NCBI GenBank assembly: GCA_965213705.1
Contig: OZ243913.1
Coordinates: 2,816,001 to 2,880,000, forward strand
Origin: Trueperaceae bacterium
GTDB lineage: Bacteria > Deinococcota > Deinococci > Deinococcales > Trueperaceae
Length of the DNA: 64,000 bases
Direction: 5' to 3'
The notes beneath the pieces were generated by a model, which made no database searches, was not told the origin of the DNA, and saw nothing but the letters and a program-made list of their open reading frames with translations. This document shows positions 1 to 14,460 of the stretch, piece by piece. Both the position numbers and the translations under genes were made by a program. The stretch's first letter is position 1. The number at the start of each line of letters is the position of its first letter.

Positions 1-775
1 GAAAGAAAAACGTCCCTAAAATATCGGTTGCAAAGTTCGGCCCGGCCAGCGCGCCCTGCGACGAGTAGATGAGGTCGAAAGCGTTGAAGTTGCCCACAAA
101 GGTCAGCACCGCGACGATGCCCACCGTCGGCAGGATGAGCGGGAACTTGATGCGCCAGAACACGTCCCAGGCGGTTGCGCCGTCTATGCGGGCGGCCTCT
201 AGGAGCGTGTCAGGGATGGCGACAAGAGCGGCCAAAAAGAGCAGCATCGGAATCCCCACGTACTGCCACACCGACACCAGCCCGAGGGTAAAGAGGGCGG
301 TGGACTCGAGACCCAGCCACGGTTTGTTCAAACTTGCCAATCCGACAAAGCCGAGCACGTCCTTGGAAATCCCCCAAATCGGGCTCAGGATGAGCCGCCA
401 AATAAAACCGACCAGCACGATGGACAGCACCGTCGGCATGAACAGCAGCGTGCGGTAAACGCTGCTGCCGCGCACCCCGCTACTCAGGAGCGCCGCCAAC
501 AGCAGTCCGATAGGATTTTGAAACGCCATGTGAATCGCAAAAAAGACGAAGTTGTTTCGAATCGCACTCCACAACCGCGGCGCGAGGTTCGCGTCGGTCA
601 TCAGCCGAGCGTAATTCTGCAACCCGACGAACACGTTCTCCCCCGCCCCGCCAGGCGCGAACAAGCTGAGCCGCAGCGAGTCGGCGAGCGGGTAAATCAT
701 AAAGACCACGTAGACGATAAAGGCGGGAGCCAAGAAAACCAAAATGTGGGTGGGGAAGCGTTTGCCTGGGGTCAT
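1..775 (-). CDS. Carbohydrate ABC transporter permease (3' end runs off the window)
   Basis: Manual translation from ATG at 775 gives MTPGKRFPTHILVFLAPAFIVYVVFMIYPL..., hydrophobic helices and the EAA loop (LLEAARIDGATAWDVFWRIKFPL). It lies downstream of a sugar-binding protein gene and is absent from the ORF track because it is truncated. Confidence 0.9.
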   Translation of the reverse strand, partial: MTPGKRFPTHILVFLAPAFIVYVVFMIYPLADSLRLSLFAPGGAGENVFVGLQNYARLMTDANLAPRLWSAIRNNFVFFAIHMAFQNPIGLLLAALLSSGVRGSSVYRTLLFMPTVLSIVLVGFIWRLILSPIWGISKDVLGFVGLASLNKPWLGLESTALFTLGLVSVWQYVGIPMLLFLAALVAIPDTLLEAARIDGATAWDVFWRIKFPLILPTVGIVAVLTFVGNFNAFDLIYSSQGALAGPNFATDILGTFFF

Positions 776-847
776 GGAGTCTGCTTTCAGGTTGAGCGGT
801 TAAACGAGGGCAGGGACGGCTTGTACCGTCCCTGCAAACTCGTCTTT

Positions 848-2099
848 TTAGCGGTCTTGCTGCGGTTCGTACCAACTCGCTAAGCCTTGCTGGACTCGGT
901 CGGCGGCTTCTTGCGGCGTTTGCGTGCCGTTCAAAATTTGCGCCGAGGCGTTCCAGAGGTCGTTTTCGTTGTTGGGCTCGCCACGCGAGAGAATTTGATA
1001 CGACGATCGGATGGTGGACTCGCACTCGCCGCGCCAACTGACAAACTCTTGCGCCAATGGGTCTTGCAGCGTGACCTCGTTGTCCGACAGCGAGAAAAAG
1101 CCGGGCAGCGCGTTCGAGTAGAGTTCGGCGAACTCGGGCGTGGTCAGCCACTCCAAAAACACCATTGCCGCTTCTTGGTTGGGGCTGTCAGCGTTCACAC
1201 CCATCGCGATGTCGGTGTGGTCGCTGATGTAGCAGGTGTCCTGACCAGCCGGGGGCGGCGGCTTGAACGCGCCCATCTCAAACGTCGCCTGGTCGTTGAA
1301 GCCGGAGATTTCCCAGGAGCCGGCGGGATAAATCGCACCCTGGCCGAGCGTGAACAGGTTTTGCGCGTCGGGGTAAGACACGGCCTGGTAACCGTCTTCC
1401 AAGTAGGGTTGCCACGCGACCAACGCCTCGAACGCCTGCAAAAAGCCGTCCTCGTTGTAGCCGACCGTCCCGTCGAGGAGTTCTTGCCGACCCTCTTCGC
1501 CCTGCCAATAGTTGGGGCCGATGTTTTGGTAACCCACCGTGGCGGCTTCCCACTGGTCAGCGGTGCCCATCACCAGCGGCGCGTAGTTGCCGTCTTCTTT
1601 GATAGTTTCCAACAGCGCCATAAACTCTTCGTAGGTTTGGGGCTCGCTCAGGCCGAGTTCGTCGAAGACGTCCTTGTTGTAGATGAAGCCGTGAATGACC
1701 GAGGCCATCGGTACGCAGAACACGTCCGAGTCATCGTCGGTTATCCAGGCGCTCTTGGCGACGTCCGAAAAGTTGTTGAGTCCGGGCAAGTCGTTCAGCG
1801 AAGCTAAGTGGCCCTCTTGAAACAGCGCGAGCGAGTTGTCGAAGGGGCGACAGGTAATGAGGTCGCCCGCGGTGCCTGCCTCGAGCTTCGACGCCAGCAC
1901 CGCGTTGTACTCGGCCGGGGCGCTCGGCGCAAAGGTAACTTGGATGTCAGGGTACTTTTCGTTGAAAGCCGGGATGATGGTGTCGCGCCAGATTGTCAGG
2001 TCGTCGTTACGCCAACTTTCAATCGTGAGTGAGCCCGACTGCGCGGCGGCGAACCCCAACAATGACGAGGGCGACGAGGGCGGCGGCGTACTTCTTCAT
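848..2099 (-). CDS. Sugar ABC transporter substrate-binding protein with an apparent frameshift in the signal-peptide coding region
   Basis: ORF 848..2062 has SBP family 1 features. A GGAGGT RBS precedes ATG 2099 (MKKYAAALVALV...), which is out of frame with ...LLGFAAAQ. The main frame has a TGA at 2096-2098. Confidence 0.85.
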
Positions 2100-2373
2100 G
2101 AGTTTACCTCCGTTGAAAAGGACTTTTGGACCGGTTACATGAAACGGGTTCGGCAACCTCCCTGATGTTGTTTGACGGCATTATAAACCGAACGGCTCGA
2201 GACCCAGCGCGGGCGGGGCTCGAGCCAGCACAGAGGAAGACTCGAGATGATGTATCGGCTTGAGGACAAAAAGTCGAGAAGGCCACAAAGAACCTGAGTT
2301 GGCAATCTCTGAAAGCCTAGCTTCTTTAGGTCGTGGCGCAACTGCACACGGTTGATGTGCTAGATTACGTAAC

Positions 2374-2613
2374 GTGGAAAACCCATTGAGAAAACACATT
2401 ACACTGCCTAGAACGGCTTATGACTTTCTTCGGGCTTATCAACGCCGTGAAGGTTTGGCAACCTTCAGCGCTACGGTCGAGGCGGCTGTTGAAGCGCTCA
2501 AAAAGCAAAGCCTCATCGCTGGCTACGAGCAGTTTGCCGCAGATTATGCGGCCTCTCGAGACATGCAAAAAGAAGCCGACACCTGGCTCGAGTTGCCAAT
2601 GGAAGAAAAGTGA
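2374..2613 (+). CDS. Antitoxin (RHH/MazE-NdoAI-like) of a type II TA pair
   Basis: 79-aa acidic-tailed ORF overlapping the toxin start (GTGA), with an N-terminal RHH-like pattern. A leaderless -10 (TAGATT) lies 7 nt before the GTG. Confidence 0.75.
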   Translation: MENPLRKHITLPRTAYDFLRAYQRREGLATFSATVEAAVEALKKQSLIAGYEQFAADYAASRDMQKEADTWLELPMEEK

Positions 2614-2942
2614 GGCGTGGCGACATTTACCGCGTGAATTGGGAACCCAGTATCGAGGGGGAACCCGCTTTCACCAGACCCGCTGTTGTCTTGACGAACA
2701 ACGAGGCCAACTATCACTTACCACATCTTGTGGTGGCCCCCATCACCAGCAATGTGATGCGACTTTATCCCTTCGACGTTTTGCTGCCGATAACTTGTTG
2801 TGGGCTCAAAGAAAACAGCAAAGTACAGCTCAACTACGTGCGCGGGCTCAACCGGACACGTTTGACCCGTTATTTGGGGGCTTTGTCCGAAACGCTTCTG
2901 CTCGAGCTTGACGAGAAACTAAGGGTTCACCTGGGTTTGTAA
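2610..2942 (+). CDS. mazF: PemK/MazF-family endoribonuclease toxin
   Basis: MRRGDIYRVNWEP...RPAVVLTNNEAN...VVAPITSN signature; 110 aa. Confidence 0.88.
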   Translation: MRRGDIYRVNWEPSIEGEPAFTRPAVVLTNNEANYHLPHLVVAPITSNVMRLYPFDVLLPITCCGLKENSKVQLNYVRGLNRTRLTRYLGALSETLLLELDEKLRVHLGL

Positions 2943-2971
2943 GAGTGTCGGGGAACCGGCCTCGCGCCCCC

Positions 2972-2999
2972 AAAGAAAAAGCCGAGAGAAGTCTCGGCT
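2972..2999 (-). terminator. Intrinsic terminator after wrbA
   Basis: Minus strand AGCCGAGA-CTTC-TCTCGGCT followed by TTTTCTTT. Confidence 0.7.
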
Positions 3000-3022
3000 C
3001 CCGAACATCTTGAAAAGTACAA

Positions 3023-3643
3023 TTAGGCGGTCTGCAACATACCTTCTTTGAGGGCAGTAGCAATCTGCACAACCCGCTCGGCTTGGAACTTGGCGGCCTT
3101 GAGGGCGGTTTCGTCCGGGTCGAGTTCGCCGTTTTGACTGGTAAAGCTCGTGCCGTAGGGGTTGCCCGCCTCGAACTGGATGGGGTCCAGGTAGCCCGGC
3201 GCGACGATGATGGAACCCCAGTGGTAAAAGGTGTTGTTGAGCGCGACCAGCGTCGTTTCCTGACCACCATGCGAGGTCGCGGCGGTGGTGAACGAGGAGA
3301 CGATTTTGTTGCCGAGCTTGCCCGCGCCCCAGAGCGGCCCGGTGGTGTCGATAAACTGCTTGAGTTGCGCCGCGGGTAGTCCGTAGCGGGTCGGTGAGCC
3401 TAAAATAATCGCGTCGGCCCACTCCAGGTCGTCCAGACTCGCCTCGGGTACGTCCTGGGTCTCGAGCCGGTGCTGCGACCAGCCCTCGTTGGACTTGATA
3501 GCCTCTTCCGGCGCGAGTTCGCGCACCTTGCGAAACCGCACCTCGGCTCCTTTGTCCTGCGCGGCTTTCTCGATGGCTTTTGCCAACTGATAGGTCGTGC
3601 CGGTGGCGCTGTAGTAGATGACTGCAACTTTCGTGTTTGCCAT
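3023..3643 (-). CDS. wrbA: NAD(P)H:quinone oxidoreductase, WrbA flavodoxin family
   Basis: IYYSATGTT, GSPTRYG, HGGQETT and GNPYG motifs. Confidence 0.92.
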   Translation of the reverse strand: MANTKVAVIYYSATGTTYQLAKAIEKAAQDKGAEVRFRKVRELAPEEAIKSNEGWSQHRLETQDVPEASLDDLEWADAIILGSPTRYGLPAAQLKQFIDTTGPLWGAGKLGNKIVSSFTTAATSHGGQETTLVALNNTFYHWGSIIVAPGYLDPIQFEAGNPYGTSFTSQNGELDPDETALKAAKFQAERVVQIATALKEGMLQTA

Positions 3644-3872
3644 AACATCCTGCCTTTCCAGGCAATTCTTTCAGGCTGCGCCCCGGCGCACGGCAAGCTG
3701 CGATACATAGTTTGTAGTGCTAGGCTTCTTGTACCGAAAAAGATGAAAGGTGCGCGTCGGTTTCCTAACGGAAGAGTTACGGGAGCGTGCTAAACTGGCG
3801 TGTTGTGAACCGGGAGGCGAGGCTTAGATTGCTCCGCCTCCCTAGCGTGCGTTAAAACGAGAAAGGTTCTCT

Positions 3873-6662
<2,790 letters not shown>

Positions 6663-6695
6663 GGAACTGCTTGTTTTAAAATTCGGTTTTAGTGA

Positions 6696-6737
6696 AGCGG
6701 GCCTGGGACAAAATTATCCAGGCCCGCTGGATTTTTT
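6696..6737 (+). terminator. Intrinsic terminator after secA
   Basis: AGCGGGCCTGG...CCAGGCCCGCT stem followed by a T tract. Confidence 0.75.
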
Positions 6738-6886
6738 ACGAGAGAAGTTCGAGGCAAGGGAGCCGTTTGGCTTCCCTACTTGCTCAAAGTACGCCCTTTC
6801 CGTTTACAGAGGTTATATAACCTGACTGTTAAGTGATATTGTTCACAATAAGTCTATTCGTGAATTCTATGTTCCCATTTGTTCTT

Positions 6887-9061
<2,175 letters not shown>

Positions 9062-9244
9062 TCAATGTCATGCGGAAAATCTAACCAAAAAGGTTTTGAC
9101 ATTCCTACTCCCCACCTCCCTTGCCCAACCCTTTTTCACCGTTTCTTCAGGCTCACCGCGCCAAGTTCTCTTAATCCCGGACGGCGTGGTACACTTTTTC
9201 CCAGGCAACTTTACTTGCCACACGCACAACCCCAAGGAGGAAAA

Positions 9245-10360
9245 ATGCGGAAATTCGCCCTGCTACTTTGCGCCCTCACCTTCGGTTTGACCTTCGCCCA
9301 AGACTACGTTATGGGCATCAACTTCGACGCGGGCGGCAAGTTCGACAAGTCGTTCAACGAAGGCACCTGGAACGGTTTCAACGAGGCCGTCACCGAACTT
9401 AAAAACAACTACGACGTCGAGACCATCGAATTCGAAGGAACACCCGAAACGTTTGCTCAGGGCTTGCGGCAAATGGCCTCGGCGGGCGCGGACCTCATCG
9501 TCGCGCCGGGTTTCTCGCAGTCGGACGCGGTCCACAACCTCTCGAGCGAGTTTCCCGACACCTTCTTTGTCAACTTGGACGGCGGCGTGGACAGCCCCAA
9601 CGCCAACGAACTCTACATCGGCTTCGCCGAGCACGAGGGCAGCTACCTCGTCGGTTACTTAGCGGGCACCTTGTCGCAGACCGGCGTGGTCGGTTTTGTC
9701 GGCGGCATGGACATTCCCCTCATCCACAAGTTCAACCTCGGCTACGAGGAAGGCGTGATGGCGGCCTGCCCCGACTGCACGGTCATCAGCAACTACGTGG
9801 GCGTGACCCCAGCCGCCTGGAACGACCCGGCCAAAGCCAAAGAACTCGCCACCACCCAGCAAGCCCAGGGCGCGGACATCATCTACGCCGCGGCGGGCGC
9901 GTCGGGCAACGGCGTCATCGACTTTGTGAACGAGACGATGTGCTACACCAGCGACAACCTGCGGGAGACGCCCCTCACCGCGGCCGTGGCCGACGTCGAG
10001 AAGAGCGCGGCTTATGAAAGCGCCTGTGGCGAGGACGCGCAACCGCTGTTTTTCATCGGCGTCGACTCGAACCAGAACTACCTCGGCGACACCGACGGCG
10101 ACCCCGCTACTCTCAACCACGGCCTGACCAGCATGGTCAAGCGGGTCGACGTGGCGGCCTACGACGAAATCATGAACGTCGTCGACGGCAACTTTGAGGG
10201 CGGTTACAAGACGCTCGACCTGTCGAACGACGGGGTTGCTTACTCGCTCGACGAGTACAACGAAGCCCTGCTGCCCCAGGACGTCTTGGACGGGGTCGAA
10301 GGGGTCAAGGAGCAAATCGTTTCGGGCGAGCTGAGCGTGACGGACTACACCGCGCAGTAA
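9245..10360 (+). CDS. BMP/PnrA-family ABC substrate-binding protein (probably nucleoside-binding)
   Basis: GGKFDKSFNEGTW, FAEHEGSYLVG and IGVDSNQ motifs; signal peptide after an AAGGAGG RBS. Confidence 0.88.
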   Translation: MRKFALLLCALTFGLTFAQDYVMGINFDAGGKFDKSFNEGTWNGFNEAVTELKNNYDVETIEFEGTPETFAQGLRQMASAGADLIVAPGFSQSDAVHNLSSEFPDTFFVNLDGGVDSPNANELYIGFAEHEGSYLVGYLAGTLSQTGVVGFVGGMDIPLIHKFNLGYEEGVMAACPDCTVISNYVGVTPAAWNDPAKAKELATTQQAQGADIIYAAAGASGNGVIDFVNETMCYTSDNLRETPLTAAVADVEKSAAYESACGEDAQPLFFIGVDSNQNYLGDTDGDPATLNHGLTSMVKRVDVAAYDEIMNVVDGNFEGGYKTLDLSNDGVAYSLDEYNEALLPQDVLDGVEGVKEQIVSGELSVTDYTAQ

Positions 10361-10380
10361 CTTCGGACACGAGTGTCTCG

Positions 10381-10409
10381 AGCGGGCCTTTGACAAGGCC
10401 CGCTTTTTT
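10381..10409 (+). terminator. Intrinsic terminator
   Basis: AGCGGGCCTT-TGAC-AAGGCCCGCT followed by TTTTT. Confidence 0.85.
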
Positions 10410-10457
10410 GGTGTCTATACGTTTTGGCTGAGACCTGCCGACCTGCTATACTCTTTA

Positions 10458-10902
10458 GTTGCAGTGAGGCGCGGCCAATCGGGGCGTTACAGGTATCATT
10501 CAGTAAACTTATAGATAATACCTATAATTTATAGATGATACTTGTAAGCTCAGGAAAGTCCGGGCTCCGCAGGGCAGGGTGCCAGCTAACGGCTGGGCGC
10601 GTAAGGCGACGGCAAGTGCAACAGAGAGTAGACCGCTAAAGGTATCATCTTTAGTTCTAAAGATGATACCTTTAGCAAGGCTGAAACGGTGGTGTAAGAG
10701 ACCACCAGCGCTTTTGGCAACAAGGGCGGCTAGGTAAACCCCACCCGGTGCAAGGTCCGAACGAGAGAGGGTCGGCCCGGCCCATTTGCATCTCAAAGAC
10801 GACCGCTCGAGGCGGCTGGCGACAGCCGTCCCAGATAGATGATTGGAAGTCTCAGTAATGATACCACTGAGACCACAGAACCCGGCTTACAGCCCTCCTG
10901 CA
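10458..10902 (+). ncRNA. rnpB: RNase P RNA, bacterial type A
   Basis: Conserved P4 halves GGAAAGTCCGGG (~10553) and ACAGAACCCGGCTTA (~10875), plus AGTGCAACAGAGAG and GGTAAACCCCAC...GCAAG. The P1 ends pair, a -10 TATACT lies at 10447 and a terminator follows. Confidence 0.95.
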
Positions 10903-10934
10903 CGGGCGTAGCGTAAAAGCTACGCCCGCTTTTT
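10903..10934 (+). terminator. Intrinsic terminator of rnpB
   Basis: CGGGCGTAGC-GTAAAA-GCTACGCCCG followed by CTTTTT. Confidence 0.85.
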
Positions 10935-11061
10935 GTGCTAAAGTCAGCGTCAGTAACGCCGTCCATTTCAACTTTTAACTCACGTGCCGTAACCCCAGCT
11001 TGCCCTCCAGCCTCAGAGTGGTGGGAGAGAAAACCGAAAAAGCGCCAATTTTGAAAACCTA

Positions 11062-11101
11062 GTGGGGGCTTGTGGGAAACCGTGGTAAAGTGTGTTACAC
11101 T
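11062..11101 (+). promoter_or_regulatory. dcw promoter with MraZ-binding direct repeats
   Basis: GTGGG/GTGGG/GTGGT/GTGTT at exact 10-bp periodicity (11062, 11072, 11082, 11092), overlapping an extended -10 TGnTACACT upstream of mraZ. Confidence 0.8.
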
Positions 11102-11191
11102 CACTTTAGTGCGGGGACGGCGTGTGTCACGTATAGACGAAGCTCTAAGCTGTAACCGCGCAAATCGGTGGGAGTGGGAGCTGGGTGGGAG

Positions 11192-11629
11192 ATGCCCTTC
11201 GGCGAATTCCAATATTCGGTTGACGACAAAGGTCGCGTCATCATCCCTCCCTCTTTCCGGGACTTTGTGGACGACGGCATGGTCGTCACCAGGGGCATGG
11301 AAGGCTGCTTGTACGTGTTTCCGGTCGCCGCCTGGCGCAACATCGAAGAAAGGCTCTCCAAGTTGCCGCTGACCGACGCAAGCGCGCGCAGCTTTGTGCG
11401 CTTTTTTTACTCGGGCGCGTCCAAGGCGATGTTCGATTCGGCGTCGCGCGTGACCCTGCCCCAACCGCTCCGCACCTTTGCCGGCATCGACGACAACGAC
11501 AACAGCGTGGTGATTGCGGGCGCGCCCAACCGTTTGGAAATCTGGAACGAAGCGAGATGGCTCAGCAACCTCATGGAGGTTCAAAACCAACCTCCCGCGA
11601 GCGAACTTTTGAGAGAACTCGTCGGATGA
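11192..11629 (+). CDS. mraZ: Division/cell wall cluster transcriptional repressor MraZ
   Basis: Two AbrB-like repeats (DDKGRVIIP, DSASRVTLP); first gene of the dcw cluster. Confidence 0.95.
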   Translation: MPFGEFQYSVDDKGRVIIPPSFRDFVDDGMVVTRGMEGCLYVFPVAAWRNIEERLSKLPLTDASARSFVRFFYSGASKAMFDSASRVTLPQPLRTFAGIDDNDNSVVIAGAPNRLEIWNEARWLSNLMEVQNQPPASELLRELVG

Positions 11630-12528
11630 CCGGCTCACCTCACCTGCCCGTCATGGTAGACGAGTGTTTGGAGGGTTTGTCCCTCCGAGAAAATCACTGG
11701 TACATAGACGCGACCTTCGGGGCGGGCGGACACACGCGAGCGCTTTTGGAACGCGGCGTGTGCGTACTCGCTATAGACCAAGACCCCCACACCACGGTTT
11801 ACCTGGACACCTTGCGAAAGGAGTTGCCACAAGCCATGAACAAGTTGCGCAACCACCAAGGAAACTTTCGCTTTTTAGACGAATTCGCTGCCGAAGCGGG
11901 CGTCGCGCCCGTCGCCGGGGTGCTCTTCGACCTGGGCGTGTCCTCGATGCAACTTGACGAGGGCGAGCGCGGCTTCGCGTTTCGCCAGGACGGCCCCCTC
12001 GACATGCGGATGAGCGAGACGGGCGAATCCGCAGCGGACGTTGTCAACACCCGGTCTCAAGAAGACCTGGCCGCGCTGCTTTACAAGTACGGCGAGGAGC
12101 GCCACAGCCGCCGCCTGGCGCGGGCCGTCGTCGAGGCTCGGGACACACGACCCATCACCACGACGCAAGACCTAGTGACCATCCTCCAAGATGCCTACCC
12201 CGGCGGCTACCGGCGCGAGCACCCCGCGCGGCGCACTTTTCAGGCGCTGCGAATTTACGTCAACGACGAACTCGGCGCGTTGGAAGACGCCCTCGCCGCC
12301 GCCGAACGCGCGCTTGTCACGGGCGGCCGGCTGGTCGTGCTGAGTTACCACTCACTCGAAGACCGCATCGTCAAGCACTTTATCAGGGGCTCGAGCACCT
12401 TGACCGCCCTTACCAAACGGCCCCTCACCGCCACCGAAACCGAGACTGAGCGCAACCCCCGCGCGCGCAGCGCCAAGCTGCGCGTCGCCGAGAAGGTTCT
12501 CGACCAGGTCGTGAAGGTGTCCGCGTGA
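11626..12528 (+). CDS. rsmH: 16S rRNA m4C1402 methyltransferase RsmH
   Basis: HLPVM, DATFGAGGH, DLGVSSMQLD, PLDMRM and NPRARSAKLR motifs. Confidence 0.97.
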   Translation: MTGSPHLPVMVDECLEGLSLRENHWYIDATFGAGGHTRALLERGVCVLAIDQDPHTTVYLDTLRKELPQAMNKLRNHQGNFRFLDEFAAEAGVAPVAGVLFDLGVSSMQLDEGERGFAFRQDGPLDMRMSETGESAADVVNTRSQEDLAALLYKYGEERHSRRLARAVVEARDTRPITTTQDLVTILQDAYPGGYRREHPARRTFQALRIYVNDELGALEDALAAAERALVTGGRLVVLSYHSLEDRIVKHFIRGSSTLTALTKRPLTATETETERNPRARSAKLRVAEKVLDQVVKVSA

Positions 12529-12538
12529 AGGTACCCGC

Positions 12539-12859
12539 GTGACCCCGTTTACGACGCGCGTCGTCACGCTCTACCTGGCGCTGTTGTTGGGGTTGACGGC
12601 GTTGGGCGCGTTCAACCAGGACTTGTATCAACAGCAGCGCGCGCTGCTCAAGACCAAGGCGGCGCTGCAGCTCGAGCTGACCGACGCCCGCAGCAGCGCG
12701 GCGCGGGTCAACGGCCACTTGGCCGTGCGGCGGTGGGCTTACGCGCGCGGCATGATACCCGCGACGAGCGCCCCACGCACCGAACAAGTCGCGCCGACCC
12801 CCGCGCCCAAAACCTCACAGACCCAAACCGGTTTGGAGATGCGTACCCTATGGCGCTGA
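12539..12859 (+). CDS. ftsL: FtsL-like cell division protein
   Basis: One TM helix plus coiled coil, located between rsmH and ftsI. Confidence 0.65.
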   Translation: MTPFTTRVVTLYLALLLGLTALGAFNQDLYQQQRALLKTKAALQLELTDARSSAARVNGHLAVRRWAYARGMIPATSAPRTEQVAPTPAPKTSQTQTGLEMRTLWR

Positions 12860-14430
12860 AAGCCCCGAGCAGGTTTTTTGCCAAACCCGTAGAGCCGAAG
12901 ACGACGGCGACCAAGCCGTCTGGACCCAAATCCTCCTACGGGTCGGGGCGTAAACCTGCCGTTCCCTACACGAGCGAATCCGACCGGAGGCCTCGCAAAC
13001 CGTCACGTTTGACCATTGCACCACCTGAGACCCCGCGCAACGCAACCCCACCGAACACCGCGTCTGCCGGCGTGTTGCGGTTGAAACGCCGCTACTTGCT
13101 GCTGGTTATACTGTTGGCCCCGCTGCTGCTCGCATTTTACGGTTTTGCCAAGCTGCAAAACGCGCAGCCGCTGTGGCCCGCGAGTCTCCAAGAAGCGCCG
13201 TTGCGGGGCCGCATCGTGGCGCGCGACGGCACCATTTTTGCCGAGGGCGGCGTCGAGCACCGCGAGTACCCGCAGGGCACCCTGGCGGCGCACGTCGTGG
13301 GGTTCAGCGGCGCGCTGCAAGACGACGGCCGCTACGGCCTGGAGGGTTTGGAGCTGAGTCAAGACGCGACCCTCGAGCGCGGCGACGACGTGATTCTCAC
13401 CCTCGACCCCAACTTGCAGGCGGTCGCCCAAGCCAAACTGCAAGAAACGATTGCCGCTTTCGAGGCTGAAAACGGCGCGGTGGTGATGTTGGAAGCGGGC
13501 AGCGGCCGCATCCTGGCCGCCGCAAGCTATCCCGACTTCGACCCGAACAGCCAAGGCGGGGTGGAGGACCGCGACCGCATCATCAACAAGGCGTTCGTGC
13601 GCCTGTTCGAGCCCGGCTCGGTGATGAAGCCGTTCGTCGTCGCTTCGCTGCTCGAGACGGGACGCTTGCGTTTGGACGAACCCGTCGACGCGCCCATGAC
13701 GCTGCGCATCGGCGACAAAACCTTTAGAGACGTCGTTCAACACGACCCGCAGCTCACGCCCTGGGACGTCCTGAGGTTCTCGAGCAACGCCGGGATGCTC
13801 AACCTTACCAAGCGGTTTAAGGACTTTGAACTGCACGACTGGTTGGGGCGTTTCGGCTTCGGGCAAGACCTCGACTTGGGTCCGACGTTTACGCGTACCG
13901 GCCAACTTCGTGACACGCCCTGGGTGCCGCAGGACCAGGCCTCCATTACCATCGGGCAGAGCGTGTCGACGACCGCGCTGCAACTCGCGGCGGCCTACAG
14001 CATCTTCGCCAACGACGGGCTTTACGTTCCTCCTTACTTAGTCGAAGGCGGACTGGCCGAGCCCACGCACCAGGTCGTCTCGCCCGAAGTCGCCATGACG
14101 ATGCGCACGCTTCTCCAGTACACCGCTGAAAACAGCGGCATCCACCGCTCGGCTATTCCCGGCGTGACGATGGCCGGCAAAACGGGCACCGCCGACATCT
14201 TCGACTTAGACACGGGCACCTATATCAAGGACGACTACACCCTCACCTTTGCCGGAATGATGCCCGCCGACCAGCCGCAGTTCGTTATGGTCGCGACCGT
14301 CCAAAAACCGCGGGCGGACGGAGCCAGCAGCACCTCGGTCGCCGTTCCCCTTTTTTCAGCCATCGCCAGCGAGGCGGTCGCACTGTGGCAGACGCCCGGC
14401 GCGGGGACGAGCTACGCCACCACCCCCTGA
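12850..14430 (+). CDS. ftsI: Peptidoglycan transpeptidase FtsI/PBP3
   Basis: SxxK (GSVMK), SxN (SSN) and KTG motifs; dcw position. Confidence 0.93.
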   Translation: MALKAPSRFFAKPVEPKTTATKPSGPKSSYGSGRKPAVPYTSESDRRPRKPSRLTIAPPETPRNATPPNTASAGVLRLKRRYLLLVILLAPLLLAFYGFAKLQNAQPLWPASLQEAPLRGRIVARDGTIFAEGGVEHREYPQGTLAAHVVGFSGALQDDGRYGLEGLELSQDATLERGDDVILTLDPNLQAVAQAKLQETIAAFEAENGAVVMLEAGSGRILAAASYPDFDPNSQGGVEDRDRIINKAFVRLFEPGSVMKPFVVASLLETGRLRLDEPVDAPMTLRIGDKTFRDVVQHDPQLTPWDVLRFSSNAGMLNLTKRFKDFELHDWLGRFGFGQDLDLGPTFTRTGQLRDTPWVPQDQASITIGQSVSTTALQLAAAYSIFANDGLYVPPYLVEGGLAEPTHQVVSPEVAMTMRTLLQYTAENSGIHRSAIPGVTMAGKTGTADIFDLDTGTYIKDDYTLTFAGMMPADQPQFVMVATVQKPRADGASSTSVAVPLFSAIASEAVALWQTPGAGTSYATTP

Positions 14431-14460
14431 CGGGTAGACTGTGGGTTTAGAGAGGACACC

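Noticed and set aside
887..1807. Long antisense and alternate-frame ORFs (e.g. 887..1807, 13003..13983, 30452..31585, 51032..51901)
   Set aside because: Shadow ORFs of well-supported genes, expected in high-GC DNA; they carry no motifs of their own.
10509..10796. 95-aa minus-strand ORF
   Set aside because: It is antisense to the RNase P RNA.
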